DNA of 64,000 nt from Eledone cirrhosa (lineage: Eukaryota): assembly GCA_964016885.1 (NCBI GenBank), contig OZ024744.1:119412001-119476000 (forward strand), written 5' to 3'. Shown here piece by piece: positions 35,101 to 46,448 of the stretch. The notes under the pieces were generated by a model. That model saw only the letters and a list, made by a program, of their open reading frames with translations. It was not told the DNA's origin and did not search any database. Each line of letters opens with the position of its first letter. The stretch's first letter is position 1. The translations under genes and the position numbers were made by a program.

Positions 35101-38100
35101 ACTACCTTGATGGCACCTACACTACTACTACCACTACTACCTTGATGGCACCTACACTACTACTACTACTACCTTGATGGCACCTACACTACTACTACTA
35201 CTACTACTACCTTGATGGCACCTACACTACTACTACTACTACTACTACTACCTTGATGGCACCTACACTACTACTACTACTACTACTACTACCTTGATGG
35301 CACCTACACTACTACTACTACTACTACTACTACCTTGATGGCACCTACACTACTACTACCACTACTACCTTGATGGCACCTACAGTACTACTACTACCAC
35401 TACTTCCTTGATGGCACCTACACTACTACTACTACTACTACTACCACCTTGATGGCACCTACACTACTACTACTACTACTACAACTACCTTGATGGCACC
35501 TACACTACTACTACTACTACTACTACTACCTTGATGGCACCTACACTACTACTACTACTACTACTACTACATTTATGGCACCTACACTACTACTACTACT
35601 ACTACTACTACCTTGATGGCACCTACACTACTACTACCACTACTACCTTGATGGCACCTACACTACTACTACTACTACTACCTTGATGGCACCTACACTA
35701 CTACTACCACTACTACCTTGATGGCACCTACACTACTACTACCACTACTACCTTGATGGCACCTACACTACTACTACCACTACTACCTTGATGGCACCTA
35801 CACTACTACTACTACCACTACTACCTTGATGGCACCTACACTACTACTACCACTACTACCTTGATGGCACCTACACTACTACTACCACTACTACCTTGAT
35901 GGCACCTACACTACTACTACCACTACTACCTTGATGGCACCTACACTACTACTACTACCACTACTACCTTGATGGCACCTACACTACTACTACCACTACT
36001 ACCTTGATGGCACCTACACTACTACTACCACTACTACCTTGATGGCACCTACACTACTACTACCACTACTACCTTGATGGCACCTACACTACTACTACTA
36101 CTACTACCTTGATGGCACCTACACTACTACTACCACTACTACCTTGATGGCACCTACACTACTACTACCACTACTACCTTGATGGCACCTACACTACTAC
36201 TACCACTACTACCTTGATGGCACCTACACTACTACTACTACCACTACTACCTTGATGGCACCTACACTACTACTACCACTACTACCTTGATGGCACCTAC
36301 ACTACTACTACCACTACTACCTTGATGGCACCTACACTACTACTACCACTACTACCTTGATGGCACCTACACTACTACTACCACTACTACCTTGATGGCA
36401 CCTACACTACTACTACTACCACTACTACCTTGATGGCACCTACACTACTACTACCACTACTACCTTGATGGCACCTACACTACTACTACTACCACTACTA
36501 CCTTGATGGCACCTACACTACTACTACCACTACTACCTTGATGGCACCTACACTACTACTACTACCACTACTACCTTGATGGCACCTACACTACTACTAC
36601 CACTACTACCTTGATGGCACCTACACTACTACTACTACTACTACTACTACCTTGATGGCACCTACACTACTACTACTACTACTACTACCTTGATGGCACC
36701 TACACTACTACTACTACCACTACTACCTTGATGGCACCTACACTACTACTACTACTACTACTACTACCTTGATGGCACCTACACTACTACTACTACTACT
36801 ACCACCTTGATGGCACCTACACTACTACTACTACTACTACTACTACCTTGATGGCACCTACACTACTACTACTACTACTACCTTGATGGCACCTACACTA
36901 CTACTACTACTACTACTACTACCTTGATGGCACCTACACTACTACTACCACTACTACCTTGATGGCACCTACAGTACTACTACTACCACTACTTCCTTGA
37001 TGGCACCTACACTACTACTACTACTACTACTACCACCTTGATGGCACCTACACTACTACTACTACTACCACTACTACCTTGATGGCACCTACACTACTAC
37101 TACTACTACCTTGATGGCACCTACACTACTACTACTACTACTACTACCTTGATGGCACCTACACTACTACTACTACTACTACTACTACCTTGATGGCACC
37201 TACACTACTACTACTACTACTACTACTACCTTGATGGCACCTACACTACTACTACTACTACTACTACTACCTTGATGGCACCTACACTACTACTACCACT
37301 ACTACCTTGATGGCACCTACAGTACTACTACTACCACTACTTCCTTGATGGCACCTACACTACTACTACTACTACTACTACCACCTTGATGGCACCTACA
37401 CTACTACTACTACTACTACTACTACCTTGATGGCACCTACACTACTACTACTACTACTACTACTACCTTGATGGCACCTACACTACTACTACCACTACTA
37501 CCTTGATGGCACCTACACTACTACTACTACTACTACTACCTTGATGGCACCTACACTACTACTACCACTACTACCTTGATGGCACCTACACTACTACTAC
37601 TACTACCTTGATGGCACCTACACTACTACTACTACTACTACTACCTTGATGGCACCTACACTACTACTACTACTACTACTACTACCTTGATGGCACCTAC
37701 ACTACTACTACTACTACTACTACTACCTTGATGGCACCTACACTACTACTACTACTACTACTACTACCTTGATGGCACCTACACTACTACTACCACTACT
37801 ACCTTGATGGCACCTACAGTACTACTACTACCACTACTTCCTTGATGGCACCTACACTACTACTACTACTACTACCACCTTGATGGCACCTACACTACTA
37901 CTACTACTACTACTACTACCTTGATGGCACCTACACTACTACTACTACTACTACTACTACCTTGATGGCACCTACACTACTACTACTACTACTACTACTA
38001 CATTTATGGCACCTACACTACTACTACTACTACTACTACTACCTTGATGGCACCTACACTACTACTACCACTACTACCTTGATGGCACCTACACTACTAC

Positions 38101-40825
38101 TACTACTACTACCTTGATGGCACCTACACTACTACTACCACTACTACCTTGATGGCACCTACACTACTACTACCACTACTACCTTGATGGCACCTACACT
38201 ACTACTACCACTACTACCTTGATGGCACCTACACTACTACTACTACCACTACTACCTTGATGGCACCTACACTACTACTACCACTACTACCTTGATGGCA
38301 CCTACACTACTACTACCACTACTACCTTGATGGCACCTACACTACTACTACCACTACTACCTTGATGGCACCTACACTACTACTACTACCACTACTACCT
38401 TGATGGCACCTACACTACTACTACCACTACTACCTTGATGGCACCTACACTACTACTACCACTACTACCTTGATGGCACCTACACTACTACTACCACTAC
38501 TACCTTGATGGCACCTACACTACTACTACTACTACTACCTTGATGGCACCTACACTACTACTACCACTACTACCTTGATGGCACCTACACTACTACTACC
38601 ACTACTACCTTGATGGCACCTACACTACTACTACCACTACTACCTTGATGGCACCTACACTACTACTACTACCACTACTACCTTGATGGCACCTACACTA
38701 CTACTACCACTACTACCTTGATGGCACCTACACTACTACTACCACTACTACCTTGATGGCACCTACACTACTACTACCACTACTACCTTGATGGCACCTA
38801 CACTACTACTACCACTACTACCTTGATGGCACCTACACTACTACTACTACCACTACTACCTTGATGGCACCTACACTACTACTACCACTACTACCTTGAT
38901 GGCACCTACACTACTACTACTACCACTACTACCTTGATGGCACCTACACTACTACTACCACTACTACCTTGATGGCACCTACACTACTACTACTACCACT
39001 ACTACCTTGATGGCACCTACACTACTACTACCACTACTACCTTGATGGCACCTACACTACTACTACCACTACTACCTTGATGGCACCTACACTACTACTA
39101 CCACTACTACCTTGATGGCACCTACACTACTACTACTACCACTACTACCTTGATGGCACCTACACTACTACTACTACTACTACCTTGATGGCACCTACAC
39201 TACTACTACCACTACTACCTTGATGGCACCTACACTACTACTACCACTACTACCTTGATGGCACCTACACTACTACTACCACTACTACCTTGATGGCACC
39301 TACACTACTACTACCACTACTACCTTGATGGCACCTACACTACTACTACTACCACTACTACCTTGATGGCACCTACACTACTACTACCACTACTACCTTG
39401 ATGGCACCTACACTACTACTACCACTACTACCTTGATGGCACCTACACTACTACTACTACCACTACTACCTTGATGGCACCTACACTACTACTACTACCA
39501 CTACTACCTTGATGGCACCTACACTACTACTACCACTACTACCTTGATGGCACCTACACTACTACTACTACCACTACTACCTTGATGGCACCTACACTAC
39601 TACTACCACTACTACCTTGATGGCACCTACACTACTACTACTACCACTACTACCTTGATGGCACCTACACTACTACTACTACTACTACTACTACCTTGAT
39701 GGCACCTACACTACTACTACTACCACTACTACCTTGATGGCACCTACACTACTACTACCACTACTACCTTGATGGCACCTACACTACTACTACCACTACT
39801 ACCTTGATGGCACCTACACTACTACTACTACCACTACTACCTTGATGGCACCTACACTACTACTACCACTACTACCTTGATGGCACCTACACTACTACTA
39901 CTACCACTACTACCTTGATGGCACCTACACTACTACTACTACTACTACTACTACCTTGATGGCACCTACACTACTACTACCACTACTACCTTGATGGCAC
40001 CTACACTACTACTACCACTACTACCTTGATGGCACCTACACTACTACTACTACCACTACTACCTTGATGGCACCTACACTACTACTACCACTACTACCTT
40101 GATGGCACCTACACTACTACTACTACCACTACTACCTTGATGGCACCTACACTACTACTACTACTACTACTACTACCTTGATGGCACCTACACTACTACT
40201 ACCACTACTACCTTGATGGCACCTACACTACTACTACTACCACTACTACCTTGATGGCACCTACACTACTACTACTACCACTACTACCTTGATGGCACCT
40301 ACACTACTACTACCACTACTACCTTGATGGCACCTACACTACTACTACTACCACTACTACCTTGATGGCACCTACACTACTACTACCACTACTACCTTGA
40401 TGGCACCTACACTACTACTACTACCACTACTACCTTGATGGCACCTACACTACTACTACTACTACTACTACTACCTTGATGGCACCTACACTACTACTAC
40501 TACCACTACTACCTTGATGGCACCTACACTACTACTACCACTACTACCTTGATGGCACCTACACTACTACTACCACTACTACCTTGATGGCACCTACACT
40601 ACTACTACTACCACTACTACCTTGATGGCACCTACACTACTACTACCACTACTACCTTGATGGCACCTACACTACTACTACTACCACTACTACCTTGATG
40701 GCACCTACACTACTACTACTACTACTACTACTACCTTGATGGCACCTACACTACTACTACCACTACTACCTTGATGGCACCTACACTACTACTACTACCA
40801 CTACTACCTTGATGGCACCTACACT
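1..40825. repeat. Giant composite satellite: constant core CTTGATGGCACCTACACT plus a variable (ACT)n/ACC tract; units mostly 32-44 bp, roughly 1,100 copies; runs off the left edge of the window
   Basis: Seen directly: uninterrupted tandem units such as cttgatggcacctacactactactaccactactac (35 bp). Unit lengths are almost always 3n+2. Copy number is 40.8 kb divided by about 37 bp. Confidence 0.99.
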
Positions 40826-41150
40826 CGCCTCCTTCAACACATTCAGAAGATAAGCTGGCGACATCTGACTTTGTGAGAGATATATGTCGGACTCCCACGC
40901 GTATCTGTCCTTGTACATAAAAGGAGAGTAAGACTTGCTGGCCGCTGCCATCGTGCCACCTACGAGGCTGTGTCCCCCATTAGAGCTTTGGAAACCACAA
41001 GCACTCACTTATAACAGGAGGCACAAACTCTCCTACCCCGATGTCATCTCCAGGACTTGGCAACGACCATTAACAACAGACCAGACCCAGGTGGAGATCA
41101 ATTGTTGAGTCCTTTTCAGCTGAGGCTGTACAAAACATTATATTTCTCTA
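40808..41150 (+). mobile_element. Decayed RTE-type non-LTR retrotransposon, ORF2 C-terminal region (downstream of the RT domain)
   Basis: Manual translation from 40808: LDGTYTRLLQHIQKISWRHLTL*EIYVGLPRVSVLVHKRRVRLAGRCHRATYEAVSP, frameshift, LELWKPQALTYNRRHKLSYPDVISR, frameshift, RWRSIVES. This follows the RTE-like motif order LDGxYTRxL..ISW..IYGxLP.S..RRxRxAGHC.R..LLWxP..D..WR. One stop and two frameshifts. Confidence 0.8.
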
Positions 41151-41677
41151 ACGATTTATGACTCTTTCTATATATGTATATATGTATATATCTTTTAATT
41201 TGAATTATATATATAATAAGTTGACGGGACTAGCATGGGTATCACTGCTAGGACCGGTTGCATCTCAGCGTACATAGTTATTCGCTTCAATACAACACAT
41301 GTACATGGGTACCTTCAATCTTTACCCGTATTCAAGTTTCGGTCCCACTTAATGCAGCAATAGAGTGCACAGCACCCTCTGATTGCATTTATTATGCGAC
41401 AATGCACAATCGACGCATGTGGCTTCACCTAATCAATAACCAATCAATCGACAGAATTTGACTCCAGTCCATGTCGGCTATGACTGTATGTGACGGCCAA
41501 CACAGTAAAAGATTAGCAACTGAAAACCGTATGCATCATCACAATGCCGTCCACCGATTGGCCATTGATTCAGAGATTTACGTGATGGCAAGAGACGAAA
41601 TTCAAATAGTTCCTCTCCCGCCATAAGCACTCAACCAACGCGTCTCAAACAAATTAACAAGCGATTGAAAAATCGAA

Positions 41678-41780
41678 ATATATATATATATATATATATA
41701 TCTTTATCTATAAGGGTGAAAGCAGTGATTCTTCGCTTAAACTTTAATCTGTTATTTTAATATATATATCTTTTAATTTG

Positions 41781-41843
<63 letters not shown>

Positions 41844-42003
41844 TTATATATATATATATATATAGGGAGAGTAAAGAGAGAGCGTGAGAGAGAAAAAGAG
41901 AAAGTGAGATTGCGAGAGAAAGGGAGAGAGGGGAGGAAGGGGGAGAGGGAGAGAAGAAAGAGAGGTTGAGAAAAGGAGAGAGAGAGAAAGGGGAGAGCGA
42001 AAG
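41678..42003. repeat. (TA)n microsatellites (41678-41702, 41784-41863) followed by a GA-rich polypurine tract (41864-42003)
   Basis: Seen directly. Confidence 0.95.
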
Positions 42004-43404
42004 GTTAATATTCAGTTTCCAAATAATTTGAAGTTTATTTTAATTTCTCAAGTAAAACGAATTTGAAAATGTTGATTAGTTTTAGTTAGTAATGTGATGT
42101 GGTTGTCCCACAGTGACACGTATAGAGAGAGGTAGGTTTGGGAAAAGAAGAAATGAGAGAATAATAAAAGTTTGAAAGTATTAAGACGTTGGTTCCGCCC
42201 ATAATGAATTCAATTCGACTTCACCTCAGCCAGTCAAACCTGTTAGAATATATTCCTTTTACTTATTGACTCGTCTGAGTAGTTGATTTTGAACAAGGCT
42301 ATACTCTCTTACAACCTGTATTATAGGAATGTAACCTTAATAAGTAAATTGAATGTAGGGCAGCCAGTCAGCAAAACTAAACAAGTAACCCAGACGATAT
42401 CCCACAAATTTGCGTATTCACTTTATTTTTAGCCGGTGTAAGGAGGAGAGAAGGTGTAAATGTGCCGTTCGTTAACATCTTCCTTGTTGCTTTTTTTTTT
42501 CTTTTTAACAAACACTCCTTACAAAAAATTTCTCTGACTATTATATTTTATACAGCCCACATATTCCCAGCTACTAACAGCTCATTAGTATGTAGTCATT
42601 TCATTGTACCTTCCGGCTCCAACCAGTACTAGTTGGTCAATTGATAGACGTCAAGAGAGAACCGTAAAGCTGGTGTGAAGTGTGAAGACAGCAACACCAC
42701 CGACCACCTCTTCAAAACTTAGTGTCTCATTAAGGTAACACAATTATCTACACAATCTCATTAGACAGGGAGTATGTTATAAATATATTCTTTATAAAAC
42801 CTTTTCTCGCTTTATTTATATATATTATACTTTCTTTCTATTAACCTGCCAGTTTCTTCTCTATTTCTACATGTGAGCAATTTTAAAACGTGTTGAAAAA
42901 AAACACCAGAAAACAAACCCCTCGCCCCCTAAAAGAGGGTAAACTATAATTATATGTGATTAGTGTGTTAATTAACTGTGATTTATATTTTTTTATATGT
43001 GATTTATGTCTGAATTGTCCCCTCGTCTTTTCAAGGCAACCTGCTATTGTTTCTGTTTGGAAACTTACGTTTTACTTTTTTTCTAAGTTTTTAAGGTAAA
43101 ATATTTATTTCTGGCGGTCTACCTTGCAATATTGACTTTCAGAATTTTCTTTTTTCTCCTTTTAAAATCTATTGTGTGTTAATATATAAACTTTAAAGTT
43201 TAGTATCCATCATAACAACTCTATAAAATCTCTTTATTAAGCTAAAAAAAAAACCTACTTTCTTTTCAATGAACCGTTATTATTGAACGGATCGATAATC
43301 CATCTACGATTACCAAAATATTTTATTGCAAAGAATTTATCGAAATATATATATAACCAAACTACAACGTGAATACAATCGGAATCGCTTAATATACAGT
43401 CTAA

Positions 43405-43655
43405 AGATTAGTTGTTTCGGTGTTGGGTACGCGACCATAAGGTAGCGAGTTCAATTCCCAGATCTGAGCGGTGTGTTGTGTTCTTGATCAAGACATTTTA
43501 TTTCACGTTGCTCCAGTTTTCTCGGCTAGGTAGAAATAAGACGACGTCACTGGTGCCAAGATCGGTCTTTACCTTGCATTGCTGGTATGATGAGAAGTCT
43601 GGAATAGCTGGGTGATTGCAGCTGGTTTTCTACAGAAGACACCTGACTCAGCCAC
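43405..43655 (+). mobile_element. tRNA-derived SINE (called family C here), diverged copy
   Basis: Pol III B-box-like gagttcaattcc at ~43446, followed by tgtgttgtgttcttgatcaagacattttatttca, which matches the reverse complement of the copies at 51217-51250 and 57090-57120. Confidence 0.75.
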
Positions 43656-43701
43656 TGTATAAGCCATGGCCAGTCATTTCATTACTGTGATAGTATCTCA
43701 A

Positions 43702-44020
43702 CCCTTTCAGGGCCATATTTCTAATGGAATACACTCTATTTTAATTAATGAAAATTTTTGAGGAATTTACTAAAATTATTAATTATTTCATTACTAAGAT
43801 GGTAACTTAATGTAAGGTTCTTATATAAAATTATAATGGAAGATTTTTCATGGCATCTGTACATTATTCTGTGTACTATACATACACCTTTGATGAGTTG
43901 TAGTGCACCTGAGCATTGTACACAATAATTTCATTATTATTTTTAAATAGGAACTCTTTAAATGGGTGGTTTTATTTGATAGAACCAGAGCTGGTTTGGG
44001 CTGGGTTGGTAACTAAAGGG
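43702..44020 (+). mobile_element. piggyBac-like MITE (CCCTTT...AAAGGG ends, TTAA-type flank)
   Basis: Starts tcaa|CCCTTTC at 43702 and ends TAAAGGG|ttaa at 44020-44024. AT-rich, non-coding interior. CCC/GGG ends with TTAA are diagnostic of the piggyBac superfamily. Confidence 0.7.
43850..43941 (+). mobile_element. Probable short 3' end of a retroelement with ATT tail, inserted inside the MITE
   Basis: ...cctttgatgagttgtagtgcacctgagcattgtacacaataatttcattattatt ends in (ATT)n and resembles a LINE 3' end I recall from Octopus. The left boundary is approximate. Confidence 0.45.
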
Positions 44021-44338
44021 TTAAATAGGGACTCTTTATAAAGGGTGGTTTTATTTGATAGAACCAGAGCTGGTTTTGGCCAGGTTGGTAACTAAAGGGT
44101 TAAATAGGGACTCTTTATAATGGGTGGTTTTATTTGATAGAACCAGAGCTGGTTTTGGCCAGGTTGGTAACTAAAGGGTTAAATAGGGACTCTTTATAAT
44201 GGGTGGTTTTATTTGATAGAACCAGAGCTGGTTTTGGCCAGGTTGGTAACTAAAGGGTTAAATAGGGACTCTTTATAATGGGTGGTTTTATTTGATAGAA
44301 CCAGAGCTGGTTTTAGCCAGGTTGGTAACTAAAGGGTT
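43943..44338 (+). repeat. 79-bp tandem array, 5 units, each the terminal segment of the MITE including its AAAGGG end and TTAA
   Basis: Unit ttaaatagggactctttataatgggtggttttatttgatagaaccagagctggttttggccaggttggtaactaaaggg; period 79 (44091 to 44170). Confidence 0.97.
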
Positions 44339-44763
44339 GTAGTACATCTAAAGTTTACCAATTGAGGGTATTTCCTTGTTAGGGTGCCACTTTAGATGTG
44401 TGATTGTGTCTATTTTAGTGGACCTTAGAAATACATGGTGGTTCTCCAGTCCCTCACAAAGTTTAGCTTGCCAGCAGAAGCAGTTATTGGGATGTGGTTG
44501 AAAAATATCACCCTTAATGAAGCCACTACCAGATGCCAAGGTATTCTCTCTCCCTGAACACCTAACTTTTGAGATGTTTCTCTCTGAGAGGCTATGAGTA
44601 ACGGTAGGTCCAGTTTTACAATAACGTTTCTTTAAATCCTGCATAACAGTACGTCTAATATAAAAATTTCATTCCTTCCAATCACTTCACTCTGTTTTCA
44701 ACGGAACATTAGACATTCAAAAATCCAGTACTGATCTTTAGCTTCTAAACAACATAGACTTAT

Positions 44764-45884
44764 CCCTTTAGTTACCAACCTGGCCAAAACCAGCTCTGGT
44801 TCTATCAAATAAAACCACCCATTTTAAAGAGTCCCTATTTAACCCTTTAGTTACCAACCTGGCCAAAACCAGCTCTGGTTCTATCAAATAAAACCACCCA
44901 TTATAAAGAGTCCCTATTTAACCCTTTAGTTACCAACCCAGCCAAAACCAGCTCTGGTTCTATCAAATAAAACCACCCATTATAAAGAGTCCCTATTTAA
45001 CCCTTTAGTTACCAACCCAGCCAAAACCAGCTCTGGTTCTATCAAATAAAACCACCCATTATAAAGAGTCCCTATTTAACCCTTTAGTTACCAACCCAGC
45101 CAAAACCAGCTCTGGTTCTATCAAATAAAACCACCCATTATAAAGAGTCCCTATTTAACCCTTTAGTTACCAACCCAGCCAAAACCAGCTCTGGTTCTAT
45201 CAAATAAAACCACCCATTATAAAGAGTCCCTATTTAACCCTTTAGTTACCAACCCAGCCAAAACCAGCTCTGGTTCTATCAAATAAAACCACCCATTATA
45301 AAGAGTCCCTATTTAACCCTTTAGTTACCAACCTGGCCAAAACCAGCTCTGGTTCTATCAAATAAAACCACCCATTATAAAGAGTCCCTATTTAACCCTT
45401 TAGTTACCAACCTGGCCAAAACCAGCTCTGGTTCTATCAAATAAAACCACCCATTTTAAAGAGTCCCTATTTAACCCTTTAGTTACCAACCTGGCCAAAA
45501 CCAGCTCTGGTTCTATCAAATAAAACCACCCATTATAAAGAGTCCCTATTTAACCCTTTAGTTACCAACCCAGCCAAAACCAGCTCTGGTTCTATCAAAT
45601 AAAACCACCCATTATAAAGAGTCCCTATTTAACCCTTTAGTTACCAACCCAGCCAAAACCAGCTCTGGTTCTATCAAATAAAACCACCCATTATAAAGAG
45701 TCCCTATTTAACCCTTTAGTTACCAACCCAGCCAAAACCAGCTCTGGTTCTATCAAATAAAACCACCCATTATAAAGAGTCCCTATTTAACCCTTTAGTT
45801 ACCAACCCAGCCAAAACCAGCTCTGGTTCTATCAAATAAAACCACCCATTATAAAGAGTCCCTATTTAACCCTTTAGTTACCAA
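44764..45884 (-). repeat. The same 79-bp unit in inverted orientation, 14 full units plus a partial one
   Basis: ccctttagttacc starts at 44764, 44843, ... 45001, ... 45870 (exact 79-bp period). It is the reverse complement of the 43943-44338 array. Confidence 0.98.
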
Positions 45885-45990
45885 ATCCCGCCGAGGTTAA
45901 CTTTGCCTTTCATCTTTACGGTGTTGATAAAATAAAGTACCAGTAATGCACTGGGTAATTGCTGGCCTTGTGCCTAAAGTAGAAACAATT
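45883..45990 (+). mobile_element. SINE family A, 5'-truncated fragment
   Basis: aaatcccgccgaggttaactttgcctttcatc...gataaaataaagtaccagtaatgcactgg...gtagaaacaatt is near-identical to 47190-47300. Confidence 0.9.
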
Positions 45991-46033
45991 AATTAAAATA
46001 GTGTATTCCATTAGAAATATGGTCCTGAAAGGG
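45988..46033 (-). mobile_element. Outer terminus of a second, inverted copy of the piggyBac-like MITE
   Basis: Its reverse complement matches 43702-43749 with one substitution and a 2-nt indel. Ends GAAAGGG|ttac. Confidence 0.85.
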
Positions 46034-46197
46034 TTACAAATAATACGTAGCTAATGTGTGTCCGTGAATATGTGCATACACATGCAGAAGAGTGTGCTGG
46101 GAGTATCACAAGCATATACACATTATTGCATTTATTCCCTCACTATTACACCTCGTTAGTTTATTGTTGGTTAGCATTGAGTATTTTATATTTGATC

Positions 46198-46300
46198 TTA
46201 TTGTTATTATTATTGTTGATTTAGGCACAATGCCAACAATTTTGAGGGAGGGGAAAGTTGATTAAATCGGACTCAGTTCATGACTGGTACTTAATTTTAT
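46198..46300 (-). mobile_element. SINE family A-related 3' fragment
   Basis: ttaggcacaatgcca...ctggtacttaattttatc is the reverse complement of the family A 3' half. Confidence 0.75.
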
Positions 46301-46319
46301 CACACACCCACACACCCAT

Positions 46320-46447
46320 CCTTTCATCCTTATGGGGTCGATAAAATAAAGTACTAGTAATGCACAGGGGTTGATTTAATCGACTTTCCCCTCCCTTCAA
46401 ATTACTGGCCTTGTGCCTATATAAGAAACCATTATTATTATTATTAC
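46320..46447 (+). mobile_element. SINE family A-related 3' half with (ATT)n tail
   Basis: cctttcatccttatggggtcgataaaataaagtac...ggccttgtgcct...attattattattatt. Confidence 0.85.
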
Positions 46448-46448
46448 T

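Noticed and set aside
1-40825. CRISPR-like constant repeat with variable spacers
   Set aside because: The spacers are only (ACT)n length variants rather than unique sequences, there are no cas genes, and the context is eukaryotic.
42004-43400. Unique-looking AT-rich region with possible small exons (for example minus strand ~42263-42315)
   Set aside because: Splice-like dinucleotides are present, but there is no recognisable peptide or consistent multi-exon frame. It cannot be supported without RNA data.
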